Notes under the pieces: model-generated | What the model was told of the DNA's origin: nothing | Databases searched by the model: none | The model's input: only the letters and a program-made list of their open reading frames with translations | NCBI GenBank assembly: GCA_027023255.1 | Contig: JALVVU010000007.1 | Span: 6,888-70,887 of the forward strand | DNA from: Desulfurococcales archaeon | Lineage (GTDB): Archaea; Thermoproteota; Thermoprotei_A; Sulfolobales; NBVN01 | DNA: 64,000 nucleotides | Reading direction: 5' to 3' | Part shown: piece after piece, positions 1 through 9,262 of the stretch | How the letters are laid out: every line of letters begins with the position of its first letter | Position numbering within the stretch: the stretch's first letter is position 1 | Made by a program: the position numbers and the translations under genes

Positions 1-1041
1 ATTGACACCACCTGCCAACGTTATTATGTCGTTTATGAATGATGTTCTACCTACAGTCCAGTAGTCTGGGTATATTTCATAGTACACCTTAACGGGTTTA
101 CTTCCTGTCTTGTTCAGGTATTCCTCAACCTTTAGCCTGGTGCTAGTTATTATGTTCCTCATCTCCTCCACAACCTTAAGTGCCTTATTGAAATGACCCG
201 TTATTAGCCCGACTGTTAGGATGTCACTAAACACGTCAGACATGTCCCTAGATGGGAGCACGAACACAGTTACGCCCATGCCAGCTAGTTCCTTAGCGTA
301 GCGCTCCTGAACACCAGTTGTCATAAACACTATGTCAGGCTTTAGCATTAATATCGCCTCAATATTTAGTGTTGAGAACCCCCCAACGACTTTGATGGTG
401 CCGTTCTTAACTAGTTCCTTAACTACTGGTGGGTAATTAGAGAACTTATCGACACCAACAACATTATTACCAGCACCAACCAGGAAGAGTATCTCGGTTA
501 TGGATGGGGCTGTTGAGACAATCCTCTGAGGCTTGTAGGGTATCGTCACCTGCCTGCCTAAGGCGTCGGTTAGCGTGAGCGGATACCTTATTGACTCAAC
601 TTGTTTCTGTACCGCCTTAATCTGATCTTGAATCAGTGTAACGTTACTTGTAACGCTCGCAAGCCTTTCAGCTAGGGACTTAACTTCAGCGGTCACGCTT
701 TTCACGGTGTTACTAAGCTTCTCGACATTACTCTGTACGCTATTAAGCCCGCTCTGAACGCTTTGAAGGTTGCTCGCCACATTACTGACACTGCTCTTCA
801 CGGAACTCACTTCACTAGCTACGCTAGACACTTTCTGCCCTATGTCCTCTATCTTTCCTGAATTACTCGCTAAGTTCTTCTCTATGCTTCCTAACTTTTG
901 GGCTAGCTTGTTTAGTTCTTCGTTCTGCCTAGCTATTAAGGACTTAAGTGACTGATTCTGCCAGTACATGAAGCCTAGCGCTATGAAGCTTAGGATTAAC
1001 GCTATGATAGCTACCCCTAAGATCGTTGCCTTCCCGGGCAT
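1..1041 (-). CDS. ABC-transporter substrate-binding protein, BtuF/FhuD-like (cluster A), C-terminus cut by the window edge; N-terminal TM anchor plus Ser/Val-rich coiled-coil stalk
   Basis: Not in the ORF track because it runs off the window. Manual minus-strand translation from ATG 1041-1039 gives MPGKATILGVAIIALILSFIALGFMYW (TM). About 110 aa of S/V/N/Q heptad-like repeats follow, then YPLTLTDALGRQVTIPYKPQRIVSTAPSITEILFLVGAGNNVVGVDKFSNYP...KPDIVFMTTG, typical of iron-siderophore/cobalamin binding proteins. Confidence 0.7.
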   Translation of the reverse strand, partial: MPGKATILGVAIIALILSFIALGFMYWQNQSLKSLIARQNEELNKLAQKLGSIEKNLASNSGKIEDIGQKVSSVASEVSSVKSSVSNVASNLQSVQSGLNSVQSNVEKLSNTVKSVTAEVKSLAERLASVTSNVTLIQDQIKAVQKQVESIRYPLTLTDALGRQVTIPYKPQRIVSTAPSITEILFLVGAGNNVVGVDKFSNYPPVVKELVKNGTIKVVGGFSTLNIEAILMLKPDIVFMTTGVQERYAKELAGMGVTVFVLPSRDMSDVFSDILTVGLITGHFNKALKVVEEMRNIITSTRLKVEEYLNKTGSKPVKVYYEIYPDYWTVGRTSFINDIITLAGGVN

Positions 1042-1141
1042 TTATTGGACACCATATCCAATATTTGGGGGAAACTAATAAAGGTAGATGCGACACAGCC
1101 AAATCGGGCTGAGTGCTTCTAATGATAGGACAAAACGCATC

Positions 1142-1933
1142 CTACGTTGGGAAAACTCTATGTATTTTACCATTAACGTTTGCGTATACCTCAACGTACT
1201 TTTGTAGACCACTAGAGAGTATTTTCGGTCTAAGGACGGCCTCCACCTGGAATAGGCCGGCGAAGTCTTCCATGAATATTTCTATACGTATTGGGGTACT
1301 GCCATCACTGTTTATCGCTACCTTCTTTATGCTTAAGGCTGAGACAGCATGCATATCTAACTTCCCCAACTTATAGGGTATACGTGCACGTCCCTCAGCC
1401 ATGTCGGTTCCGTCAGCTATTTTCACGACGCTCGCCTCCACAGTTAATGCGTTAGTGTTCATCTCGGTTGCGTAAATTGCATGCATTACTTCCTGCCTCA
1501 GCATATACTTCCTCTTACCAATGTCTGGAATCACCGTCGTTAGGATCCTGTCAATAAGGTCCTTCGCTAGGATGGCCCCTATCATCTCATGATCGATTCT
1601 ATGCACAGCATTACCTATGTCGTGTAGGTAGGATGCTAGGAGAACCACTAGCTTAGCCTCATCTATGCTACGCGCGGTCCCGAACTCGATTGTTGTTGGC
1701 TTAATGCCAGACCTAACTAGCCTGTCGAAAATCTCCAGTGCTGCCCCTGAAACTATCCTAGAGTGAATTATGCCGTGGTCGTTGTACTTTAGCCTCCCAA
1801 CAGCCATGATGTTCGCCATCTTAATGAGTTCTTGTACCTCCTCATCATGCTCTAGGATTTCGTAAGCTTTCCTCAGGAGTTCAGAGCTTTCTACATGCTT
1901 TTGAACTAGTGCGGGACTAACTAAGACACTCAT
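1142..1933 (-). CDS. HD-domain metal-dependent phosphohydrolase
   Basis: 263-aa ORF with the H...HD...D signature (GIIHSRIV, LLASYLHDIGNAVHRIDHE, IADGTD). Confidence 0.75.
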   Translation of the reverse strand: MSVLVSPALVQKHVESSELLRKAYEILEHDEEVQELIKMANIMAVGRLKYNDHGIIHSRIVSGAALEIFDRLVRSGIKPTTIEFGTARSIDEAKLVVLLASYLHDIGNAVHRIDHEMIGAILAKDLIDRILTTVIPDIGKRKYMLRQEVMHAIYATEMNTNALTVEASVVKIADGTDMAEGRARIPYKLGKLDMHAVSALSIKKVAINSDGSTPIRIEIFMEDFAGLFQVEAVLRPKILSSGLQKYVEVYANVNGKIHRVFPT

Positions 1934-2180
1934 TTATGATCACCCCTCAAGGCACACTATGTTAGGGATGTGTTGCTTTTTAAGTTAAAGTGTGTGAGTC
2001 AGCCGAGGATAATCACTTCATCAATCGAGTCGGCTCTTCTTCATCATCCTGAATTAACCTGTGTAAGACCACCTAATAATCTGAACGTCACTCACTATTA
2101 TGGAGTACCGATGAAGAGGTCAGTCGACCGAGCTACTAACTGCTATGAGGAGCCTAGACCAGGCTGAGGGCTCCTTAACT

Positions 2181-3656
2181 CTATAACTTTATTATGCGCT
2201 CAGCGTTTGTGAGTGTGTAGATTAATGGAGCTATGAACATCAGTAACCATAAACCAGTCGCGTAATTACCTAAGATAATGTTGAGGATCATCATTCCCAC
2301 TACATACGCTAGGAAGATCTTCTCTTCTAGGCACCTACTGACCAGCGCGCTCTCTGACTCACCTTTCGGCGTGACTCTGTAGCTATACCGATTCCGCAGT
2401 AAACCAATTACCGTGTACGCCAGCACTATTGGTGACAGGCTTATCGTGAATGATGATGATGAACCCATCGTACGTATAGTTAAGGATCTTGACAACCCGA
2501 CCTCCCTTAGGGAGGAGTAGAAGGAGTAACCATAAAGTCCAATAAGTACTAGTAGGAAGGCGGCAGGCACTACCCCTAGAAGCATTATGTCCTGCCTCAA
2601 AAGTAAGGCAAGTGCCGGGATGACTATGCCTGACAGGGCTAGCAGTGCATGCGGTACGTACTGCATTAGGAAGAGTGTGGCCTCCACTTTCTTAAGGAAG
2701 GGGTATGGGGAACTAAATATTCTTCTCCACCCGTTCTTCAGCGTCTCCATGGCACCGTAAGACCATCTAGCCTGCTGTAATTTCAGGGCCTCGTACCTGG
2801 AGGGTACCAGCACCTTAAGTGACACGTTATCTATGAATCCTACTCTGTACCCCTTCCACATGAGCTTAGTGCCTATGTGCATATCGTCCTGAACTATACC
2901 TTCATCCCATAACCCAACATTCAGTAAGGCGCCCCTATCAAAGGCTGTCCCAGATCCTAGAGGGAAAATGAAGAATCCCTTTGAAGCTCGCCCCCTGTAA
3001 AGCGTATCAACTAGGTACTTCATCGAGAAGCCCACCGCCCGCGCTAGCTTCGTTGATGTTATCCAGTAACCATCCCAGCGCCCCACGCAAGCTGCATTAC
3101 CCTCACGAACACACTTAACTAAGTTAGTTAGGTAACCAGGTTGCGGCCTCGTATCAACATCTAGGATAACGACTATGTCTCTAGCAAAGTTCCGGACAAC
3201 CCAGTTAAGAGCGGCGGCCCTGCCTTTCTGGCCCTCGGTTCTTATCATGAAACGCACCTTTAAGTTTAAATCTTGAGCTAATTTCTCAACACTTTTCTTT
3301 ATGGGTGCCGCCTTCTCGGGAGGATCATCGCAAACGAATACTACCTCATAATCACCGCGTAGCTCGCTTCTTAATCTCGTCATATGATTAATCATGCCAA
3401 GCATTAGGCTCTCAGGCTCATCCTTCACGGGAACTACTATCGTGACCCCGCTTAAGTTACCTCCACTATCAGCAACATTAAGCATCTGAGGATCCCTACT
3501 CCCTCTCCTTCCCTGGAAGTACAGGATGGCGTGAACGAGTCCCATTATAACCGGTGGCAGGAGGAGCGCAATGAACACTACTACCTGAGCAACACTACTA
3601 AAGAAGAGTTGCGCCCCCAGCACGCTCCTCACCCGGCAGGGACCCTCACTGTGCAT
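2181..3656 (-). CDS. Family 2 glycosyltransferase, membrane-integrated, processive (cellulose/chitin/hyaluronan-synthase-like)
   Basis: Motifs VTIVVPVKDEPE, ILDVDTRP, GSGTAFDRGAL and LQQARWSYG (Q-x-x-R-W). Hydrophobic segments lie at the N-terminus and in the C-terminal third. Confidence 0.8.
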   Translation of the reverse strand: MHSEGPCRVRSVLGAQLFFSSVAQVVVFIALLLPPVIMGLVHAILYFQGRRGSRDPQMLNVADSGGNLSGVTIVVPVKDEPESLMLGMINHMTRLRSELRGDYEVVFVCDDPPEKAAPIKKSVEKLAQDLNLKVRFMIRTEGQKGRAAALNWVVRNFARDIVVILDVDTRPQPGYLTNLVKCVREGNAACVGRWDGYWITSTKLARAVGFSMKYLVDTLYRGRASKGFFIFPLGSGTAFDRGALLNVGLWDEGIVQDDMHIGTKLMWKGYRVGFIDNVSLKVLVPSRYEALKLQQARWSYGAMETLKNGWRRIFSSPYPFLKKVEATLFLMQYVPHALLALSGIVIPALALLLRQDIMLLGVVPAAFLLVLIGLYGYSFYSSLREVGLSRSLTIRTMGSSSSFTISLSPIVLAYTVIGLLRNRYSYRVTPKGESESALVSRCLEEKIFLAYVVGMMILNIILGNYATGLWLLMFIAPLIYTLTNAERIIKL

Positions 3657-3813
3657 GCAGTAACCATGAATGTCAAGCCCTCACCACTCCACTACCTGTC
3701 ATTTGTCTTCTCGTTTAAATTTAAAAGGTAATTATCGCGAATGAGAGAAATCAGGGAATAATGGGTAAGCCTATTTTAGGAACCTCGTAGACGTTTGATT
3801 AGGTGCTAACTTC

Positions 3814-4218
3814 TTGCCTGAGATTGATGACGTGCTTGAATGGTTAAGGAAGAGGGGAGACATGTTTATTAATGCACGCAGGCTTGCGAAAGCGTTTAAG
3901 ATGAGTACAAAGCGTGCTGGTTACTTGTTGAGAAAGCTCAAAGAGAATGGCTACTTGAAAGTGCATTGCAAGAGACGTGGTCGCTTCATAGTATATAAGG
4001 TGAACCTAAACCTGCTCAACAAGGATAAGAGTGTGCGGGGAACATTAAGCCTAAAGAAAATAAAGATCAAGAATACCACTAGCCGAGAAAAGCGGAAGAG
4101 ATCCTTCCGTATTAGAGGGCAGAGAAAAACAAGCAGAATAAGGAACCATAGAGAACACGCACGCAAACTGGATCTAGAACTAAGATCCTCTAGCTCCCTA
4201 AGTAACCAGCAACCTTGA
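3814..4218 (+). CDS. Small winged-helix-like DNA/RNA-binding protein with an extremely basic C-terminal tail
   Basis: TTG start. wHTH-like LAKAFKMSTKRAGYLLRKLKENGYLKV, then a K/R-rich tail (KKIKIKNTTSREKRKRSFRIRGQRKTSRIRNHREHARK). It sits 15 nt upstream of the next gene. Confidence 0.45.
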   Translation: MPEIDDVLEWLRKRGDMFINARRLAKAFKMSTKRAGYLLRKLKENGYLKVHCKRRGRFIVYKVNLNLLNKDKSVRGTLSLKKIKIKNTTSREKRKRSFRIRGQRKTSRIRNHREHARKLDLELRSSSSLSNQQP

Positions 4219-4233
4219 GGCGCCACGTAGATC

Positions 4234-5193
4234 ATGTCAGCTAACCAGAATTACTGCTGTACTGAAGCATACTTAGAAGGCGATCTCTTAGAACTCATTG
4301 ACGGTTCCCTCTGGGTTGTGAAGGGCTGCGTCCATCCTGGTGCTCCTATCGCCGTACCTCGGCTCGTGAATGGGAAGAAAGTGAAGCGTTTGAGTGAAGC
4401 TTTCGAGATAATTACTAGGTACTACCCATTCTTTATTAAGCACGTGCCCGAGTTAGGTAGGGAAGCACCTGTCGTTAACCCTTCCTGGATAAGGCAGACC
4501 CGGAAATTCCTTCATTTCAACAACGTTGAAAGCATTACTTACGTTTCTAGGAACAAGATTAAGTCAGTAGCTATGGAATTAATCAGACTACTCCGTGAAG
4601 AATGCGAATTACGATGCGGTCCTACAGGCAGCCTTCTAGGCGGGTATGCTGGGAGGGAGTCTGACATAGACATTAATTGCGTAGAGGAGAAGCAAGGTGC
4701 GTTGGAATGCTTATGTGGTTTAAGGATTAAGGGATTCCTAAAGCCATTGTCCCTTAAGGAGTTTATTAAAGAGTTACCTTTAGTCTCTGAAACCCTCGGT
4801 TGGGGTGACATGAGTAAGTTAGTCGTACATCGTCTCACGCAAGGTGTTTTTAAGGATCTGAGATACACCCTCAGGATAATTAACTGTGACCGCATACAGG
4901 GGTTTCTTGGTCCGTATGCTCATATTATCAAGAATACGCGTGTAGTTTTTAAGGTGATGGACTTCGACTATAGGACACCATCGATATATAGGGTGGAGTT
5001 GCTCAGACCCACACTTCTTTTCTCTCGTGAAACGTACTTCATAACCCACAGAGTAAGATTTGCTGAAATGCCCTTCGGGTCCCTAGTTATTGCCAAAGGA
5101 GATGTAATGCTAAGGAACAATGACACCGCCATAGTGTCCCTTGACACACCGAACTCTAAAGTAGAAGCTATCCTCCTGCCATCCATGCCTTAA
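4234..5193 (+). CDS. Pol-beta superfamily nucleotidyltransferase-domain protein (function unknown)
   Basis: GPTGSLLGGYAGRESDIDINC matches the GS-x(9-10)-[DE]-x-D minimal NTase motif. The remaining ~200 aa are not recognised. Confidence 0.55.
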   Translation: MSANQNYCCTEAYLEGDLLELIDGSLWVVKGCVHPGAPIAVPRLVNGKKVKRLSEAFEIITRYYPFFIKHVPELGREAPVVNPSWIRQTRKFLHFNNVESITYVSRNKIKSVAMELIRLLREECELRCGPTGSLLGGYAGRESDIDINCVEEKQGALECLCGLRIKGFLKPLSLKEFIKELPLVSETLGWGDMSKLVVHRLTQGVFKDLRYTLRIINCDRIQGFLGPYAHIIKNTRVVFKVMDFDYRTPSIYRVELLRPTLLFSRETYFITHRVRFAEMPFGSLVIAKGDVMLRNNDTAIVSLDTPNSKVEAILLPSMP

Positions 5194-5288
5194 GGCATTC
5201 TTAAAAACGCAGATTACTTAAAGTAAAATAATGAGAGTCACTCGGAAACACCGAGTAACTAGCGTTTAATGTCAGTCGAGGTGAGTGT

Positions 5289-6008
5289 ATGAATGCTAAG
5301 AGAAAGCGTGTAAAAGCATACGTTGACGCCATAAGCGAGTTACTAATGGACCCTAATCCAAGTCGCGAGAAGGCTACTGAGTTAGTAAAAAAGCATTTAG
5401 AGAGTGAGGGTGTCGAACCTTTCAGAGGGGCTTCCAAACCCGATGACATTTTTGAGAAGGAACTCATAAGCCTCTATATTGTAGGGGTTCGCGGACTAGG
5501 CATAAGGGACGACTATAGCGAGATATTTAGTAAGGTCTTCGATAAGGAGGAACGGTACGAGGAAATAATCAAGCTACTAACGTCCGACCTGCCCGTGGAG
5601 AGGGTTAGAGAAGGGATAAAGTCGCTCATACCTGAGATGAGCGAGGGTGACGTTGCTAGAATACTTAGGTTTGCATTAACCCTGTACTACCTTGACTTTG
5701 AACCCTATGAGTTCGTAGTTAAAGCTATAAAGAGGATGTTAGAGGCGCTACCGGAGTTTGAGGACACCATACGTAGGTTTACGAAATTCTTCGTTGCCGT
5801 TAAGCTGGCTGAGGAGATATCCTCCGGCTCGATAAGGAATAAAGTCGAGAAGGAAATAAGGAAGCAGCTAATATCCCTCGAGACAGGGATACCTAAATCA
5901 ACACCTTCCGACAGCTACGTAGCTAAGATAGCATCCGTGACATATGAGATACCGGACAAGGTGCTGAACAATATCTTCGGGAATAAGAAATCCAGTAACA
6001 ACCATTGA
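5289..6008 (+). CDS. Hypothetical helical protein (conserved-archaeal-looking)
   Basis: 239-aa ORF. GGTGA lies 4 nt upstream of the ATG. No motif recognised. Confidence 0.55.
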   Translation: MNAKRKRVKAYVDAISELLMDPNPSREKATELVKKHLESEGVEPFRGASKPDDIFEKELISLYIVGVRGLGIRDDYSEIFSKVFDKEERYEEIIKLLTSDLPVERVREGIKSLIPEMSEGDVARILRFALTLYYLDFEPYEFVVKAIKRMLEALPEFEDTIRRFTKFFVAVKLAEEISSGSIRNKVEKEIRKQLISLETGIPKSTPSDSYVAKIASVTYEIPDKVLNNIFGNKKSSNNH

Positions 6009-6065
6009 GTTCTAAGGAGCGGTAAGGTTTAAAGGACGCTCCCTCAGAGGTAAGTGGTGTGAGGA

Positions 6066-6335
6066 ATGCTGAAGGCTACGAAGGAGGAAGCATACCTCGT
6101 GAGGAAAGGAACTGACCTCATGCTTATTGAGGTCTTGAGAACCCCTGATGGCAAGACTTTCGTAGCCATCCACAAGACCTTCAAGGGCGTATACACTAGG
6201 AAGGAGGAAGAGGAACCTAAGGAGTGGGACCTCCTAGAGCTGGATGAGTTTAAGGGTCTTAAGGACTCAGAGGTAGATTATAAGACATTACCAACCGATA
6301 TTAGGAGAGCGATTTCCTCAGCCTTCAAGTATTGA
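6066..6335 (+). CDS. Hypothetical small acidic protein
   Basis: 89-aa ORF in a coding-dense context. No motif recognised. Confidence 0.45.
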   Translation: MLKATKEEAYLVRKGTDLMLIEVLRTPDGKTFVAIHKTFKGVYTRKEEEEPKEWDLLELDEFKGLKDSEVDYKTLPTDIRRAISSAFKY

Positions 6336-6438
6336 TCCACAGTAACGCTTTTGGCATGACGTTATGGACGGCTCCGCCGCTAACTATGTTAAAACTTAAT
6401 TCTTTCCAGAAATCCCTTAGATATTAGGGTGAGATAGT

Positions 6439-7422
6439 ATGAGGACCTTAACTAAGTTGAAGGTATCGATGTTGACGACCTTAGCATTCCTTATTGGCTT
6501 ATCAACACTTATACTCACCGCGCTATTTACTTACGTGCTTACCCCCACGGCCGGATTATCGACTGTTCTTGTCCTCTCCTTAGTGTTTGTTATAGGTATA
6601 CATGTGCTTCAGTGGCTTGTGGGTCCGAAGATAATCGAGATGGCATACAACGCTGAGCCAATCATGGGCGGGAGGTATGCATGGGTTGAGGAGTTAATAG
6701 CGCGCATTGCTCGGGCCTCCAACCTAGGTTTCATTCCGAAGGCAATGATAGCCCATGTTGACGTGCCTAACGCGTTTGCTTACGGCAACAGGCTCACCGG
6801 GTACAAGGTAGCTGTTACTGAGGGCTTACTCCGCATAGCACCCCCAGAGGAAGTCGAGGCTGTCTTAGCGCATGAGATAGGCCACATAAAGCATAGGGAC
6901 GTTGAGCTAATGATGGTTATCAGCATTCTTCCGGCACTTATATTCTGGCTTGGGAGAGTACTCATGTACTTTGGCTGGTTTGGCGGCGGGGATAGGGAGG
7001 GTGAAGCATCGATCCTTCCCATCATCGGAGCTGTCCTCATGGGTGTGGCGTTCCTCTTTAACTTCGCCGTACTTTACGTGAGCAGGTTACGGGAGTACTA
7101 CGCAGACGCACACGCCGCCCTAACCGTGCCTGGCGGGGCTAGGAAGCTTCAGCGGGCACTAGCTAGGATACTCGTAGCGAGCGGTGAGTTGAAGGCGTTC
7201 GCGCCCAGTAAGGTCGCGTCCGCGAGTAAGTTTAAGGCATTCTTAATAGCGGATCCTGAGGAGGGTATTGAGGTGCGTGGATACGGCATCATCGATATTG
7301 ATGAGGTTGTTGAGTGGATTAAGTCACAGCCTAGGTTAGTGCCTACCGAGATATTCATGACTCATCCGGACCCGGCGAAGAGGCTGAGGTTCCTAGATAC
7401 GCTTGCCTCGGGAGCTACATGA
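6439..7422 (+). CDS. htpX: HtpX-like M48 zinc metalloprotease, membrane-bound
   Basis: HEIGHIKHRD (HExxH) sits between TM segments. GGTGA (6428-6432) lies 6 nt upstream of the ATG. Confidence 0.85.
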   Translation: MRTLTKLKVSMLTTLAFLIGLSTLILTALFTYVLTPTAGLSTVLVLSLVFVIGIHVLQWLVGPKIIEMAYNAEPIMGGRYAWVEELIARIARASNLGFIPKAMIAHVDVPNAFAYGNRLTGYKVAVTEGLLRIAPPEEVEAVLAHEIGHIKHRDVELMMVISILPALIFWLGRVLMYFGWFGGGDREGEASILPIIGAVLMGVAFLFNFAVLYVSRLREYYADAHAALTVPGGARKLQRALARILVASGELKAFAPSKVASASKFKAFLIADPEEGIEVRGYGIIDIDEVVEWIKSQPRLVPTEIFMTHPDPAKRLRFLDTLASGAT

Positions 7423-8194
7423 GCATGGATAGCTTCGTGTACACCTTTTCCGGCACGAAGGGAAGAACGTGTCGGGTTGTTTTCGGAGGGAGTACCTTAC
7501 CTGCCTTAACTACCTTCATTACTTCATCCTTCGTTAATCCCCTCCGCACCAGTACGTAGTCAATTTCATCTTCCTTAAGATCCTTAAGGGCATCTTCAAG
7601 CAGTCCATACCACGTCATGGTTAGCTTGCCCATTCCGGCTAACTTATCAAGCACCTTAACGACCTTCTTCTGTCCCTCTAACCAGCCGCCAAGTTTGAAG
7701 TACTTGCCGTTCTTTCCTAACATTATGAACGCGCACTCCCACTCACCGACCTTACACTTCCCCGACTCAACACTCTTTATCGCGTCCTCACCGTCCGTCC
7801 CGGTCTCTATGTTCACCCCAACCTCATTAATGAGTTCCAGGAATTCTCCTGCATCCCCTTTGAATCCAGGGTACCATGTGTACACGCGGACCTCGGGACT
7901 GAAGTAATTGATTATTATGGCCGGAACCTTTCTAGCTCCTAGCTTCTTAAGAGCTGCCCATCGATGATGTCCGTCAACTATTAGGTACTTGTTTGTCCCC
8001 GGAACAGGAGCCGCTATTATGGGCATATCGACAGCACCGAGCTCGAGGATCATGTCTAGCAACGCGTTGAGTCTTTCATGGATTATCTCCTCGTGTGGTA
8101 ATAGGTCGTTAATATTGAGAAGTGTGGGTGATACTTTTCTCTTGGGTATGCTATACTTGGGTATCTTAACGCGCACCTTAGTACTTTGTCCCAA
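7415..8194 (-). CDS. ParB/sulfiredoxin-fold protein; candidate ADP-dependent free serine kinase (SerK-like)
   Basis: LLPHEEI and IVDGHHRWAA are ParB-N-type motifs. Its size (~260 aa) and position next to serA and a class V aminotransferase resemble the SerK described in Thermococcus kodakarensis. TTG start with GGTGA 6 nt upstream. Confidence 0.55.
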   Translation of the reverse strand: MGQSTKVRVKIPKYSIPKRKVSPTLLNINDLLPHEEIIHERLNALLDMILELGAVDMPIIAAPVPGTNKYLIVDGHHRWAALKKLGARKVPAIIINYFSPEVRVYTWYPGFKGDAGEFLELINEVGVNIETGTDGEDAIKSVESGKCKVGEWECAFIMLGKNGKYFKLGGWLEGQKKVVKVLDKLAGMGKLTMTWYGLLEDALKDLKEDEIDYVLVRRGLTKDEVMKVVKAGKVLPPKTTRHVLPFVPEKVYTKLSMLM

Positions 8195-8303
8195 TAACGG
8201 TCACCTACATCATTTTCATTTAGCTATGTAGCATGCGTCCCCTTTACTAATAATGTATTTTTAATGCATTTGACAAAAAAGCCATTCCGTAGTTATTGCC
8301 TTC

Positions 8304-9245
8304 CTAAACCTTGTTTTTCAAGTATTCAATTATCTTTTGAGCCACCTCTAGACCAGCCCGGCGCTGAGCCTCCTCCGTGGAAGCCCCTATGTGCGGAGTT
8401 AGCACTACATTATCTAACTTAGTTAACGGGTGGTCAGGAGGAAGGGGCTCCTCCTCATACACGTCTAGGCCTGCTCCAGCTATCCAGCCCTCCTTCAATG
8501 CCTTAACAAGGGCGTCAGTGTCAACTACGCCTCCTCTCGAGGTGTTAATTAGTATGGCAGTTGACTTCATTTTCTTAAGTCGTTCTTCGTTGATTAGGTG
8601 CCTTGTTGATTCGAGTAGGGGCACGTGTAGCGTGATTATGTCGGCGTTCTCTATGACTTCATCGATTGACGAGAACTTCGCATTTAATTCCTTCTCAACA
8701 TCCTCTGATGCCCTGATAACGTCGTAGTACAGTATGTTCATGTTGAAGCCCTTCGAAGCTATTTTCGCTACTTCTCTTCCTATTCTACCGAAACCTATCA
8801 CGCCTAGGGTCTTACCGCTGAGTTCTGTTCCTAGGCACTTCTTCTTCACCCACTTCCCCTCACGCATATTCCTGTCGGCGTAAGCTATCTTCCTGAGAAC
8901 AGCTATTGCTAGTCCTATGACTAGCTCAGCGACACTTCTGGTTGGGGCTGCGGGGGCGTTAATTACCTTAATTCCCCTTCTTTTCGCGGCTTCTAAGTCT
9001 ATGTTGTCTAGGCCAACCCCTGCTCTAGCAATGACCTTGAGTTTCTTACCTGCCTCTATTACTTCCGCGGTTACCTTTGGTTTACTCCTAACGATGATTA
9101 CGTCAAACTCGCCGATAATGCTCTTTAACTCCTCGACGCTGGGATACTCCCTCACAACCACCTCGTAACCGGCGTCACGGAGCAGTTTAATGGCATCCTC
9201 ATGGATCGGGGCTGCCACGAGTACCTTTATCTTCCCCGTCATCAC
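8304..9245 (-). CDS. serA: D-3-phosphoglycerate dehydrogenase / D-isomer-specific 2-hydroxyacid dehydrogenase
   Basis: NAD-binding GVIGFGRIGREVAK, catalytic-region TPHIGAST, and the overall SerA short-form layout (313 aa). Confidence 0.8.
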   Translation of the reverse strand: MMTGKIKVLVAAPIHEDAIKLLRDAGYEVVVREYPSVEELKSIIGEFDVIIVRSKPKVTAEVIEAGKKLKVIARAGVGLDNIDLEAAKRRGIKVINAPAAPTRSVAELVIGLAIAVLRKIAYADRNMREGKWVKKKCLGTELSGKTLGVIGFGRIGREVAKIASKGFNMNILYYDVIRASEDVEKELNAKFSSIDEVIENADIITLHVPLLESTRHLINEERLKKMKSTAILINTSRGGVVDTDALVKALKEGWIAGAGLDVYEEEPLPPDHPLTKLDNVVLTPHIGASTEEAQRRAGLEVAQKIIEYLKNKV

Positions 9246-9262
9246 GGCTCACCCGACGAAAC

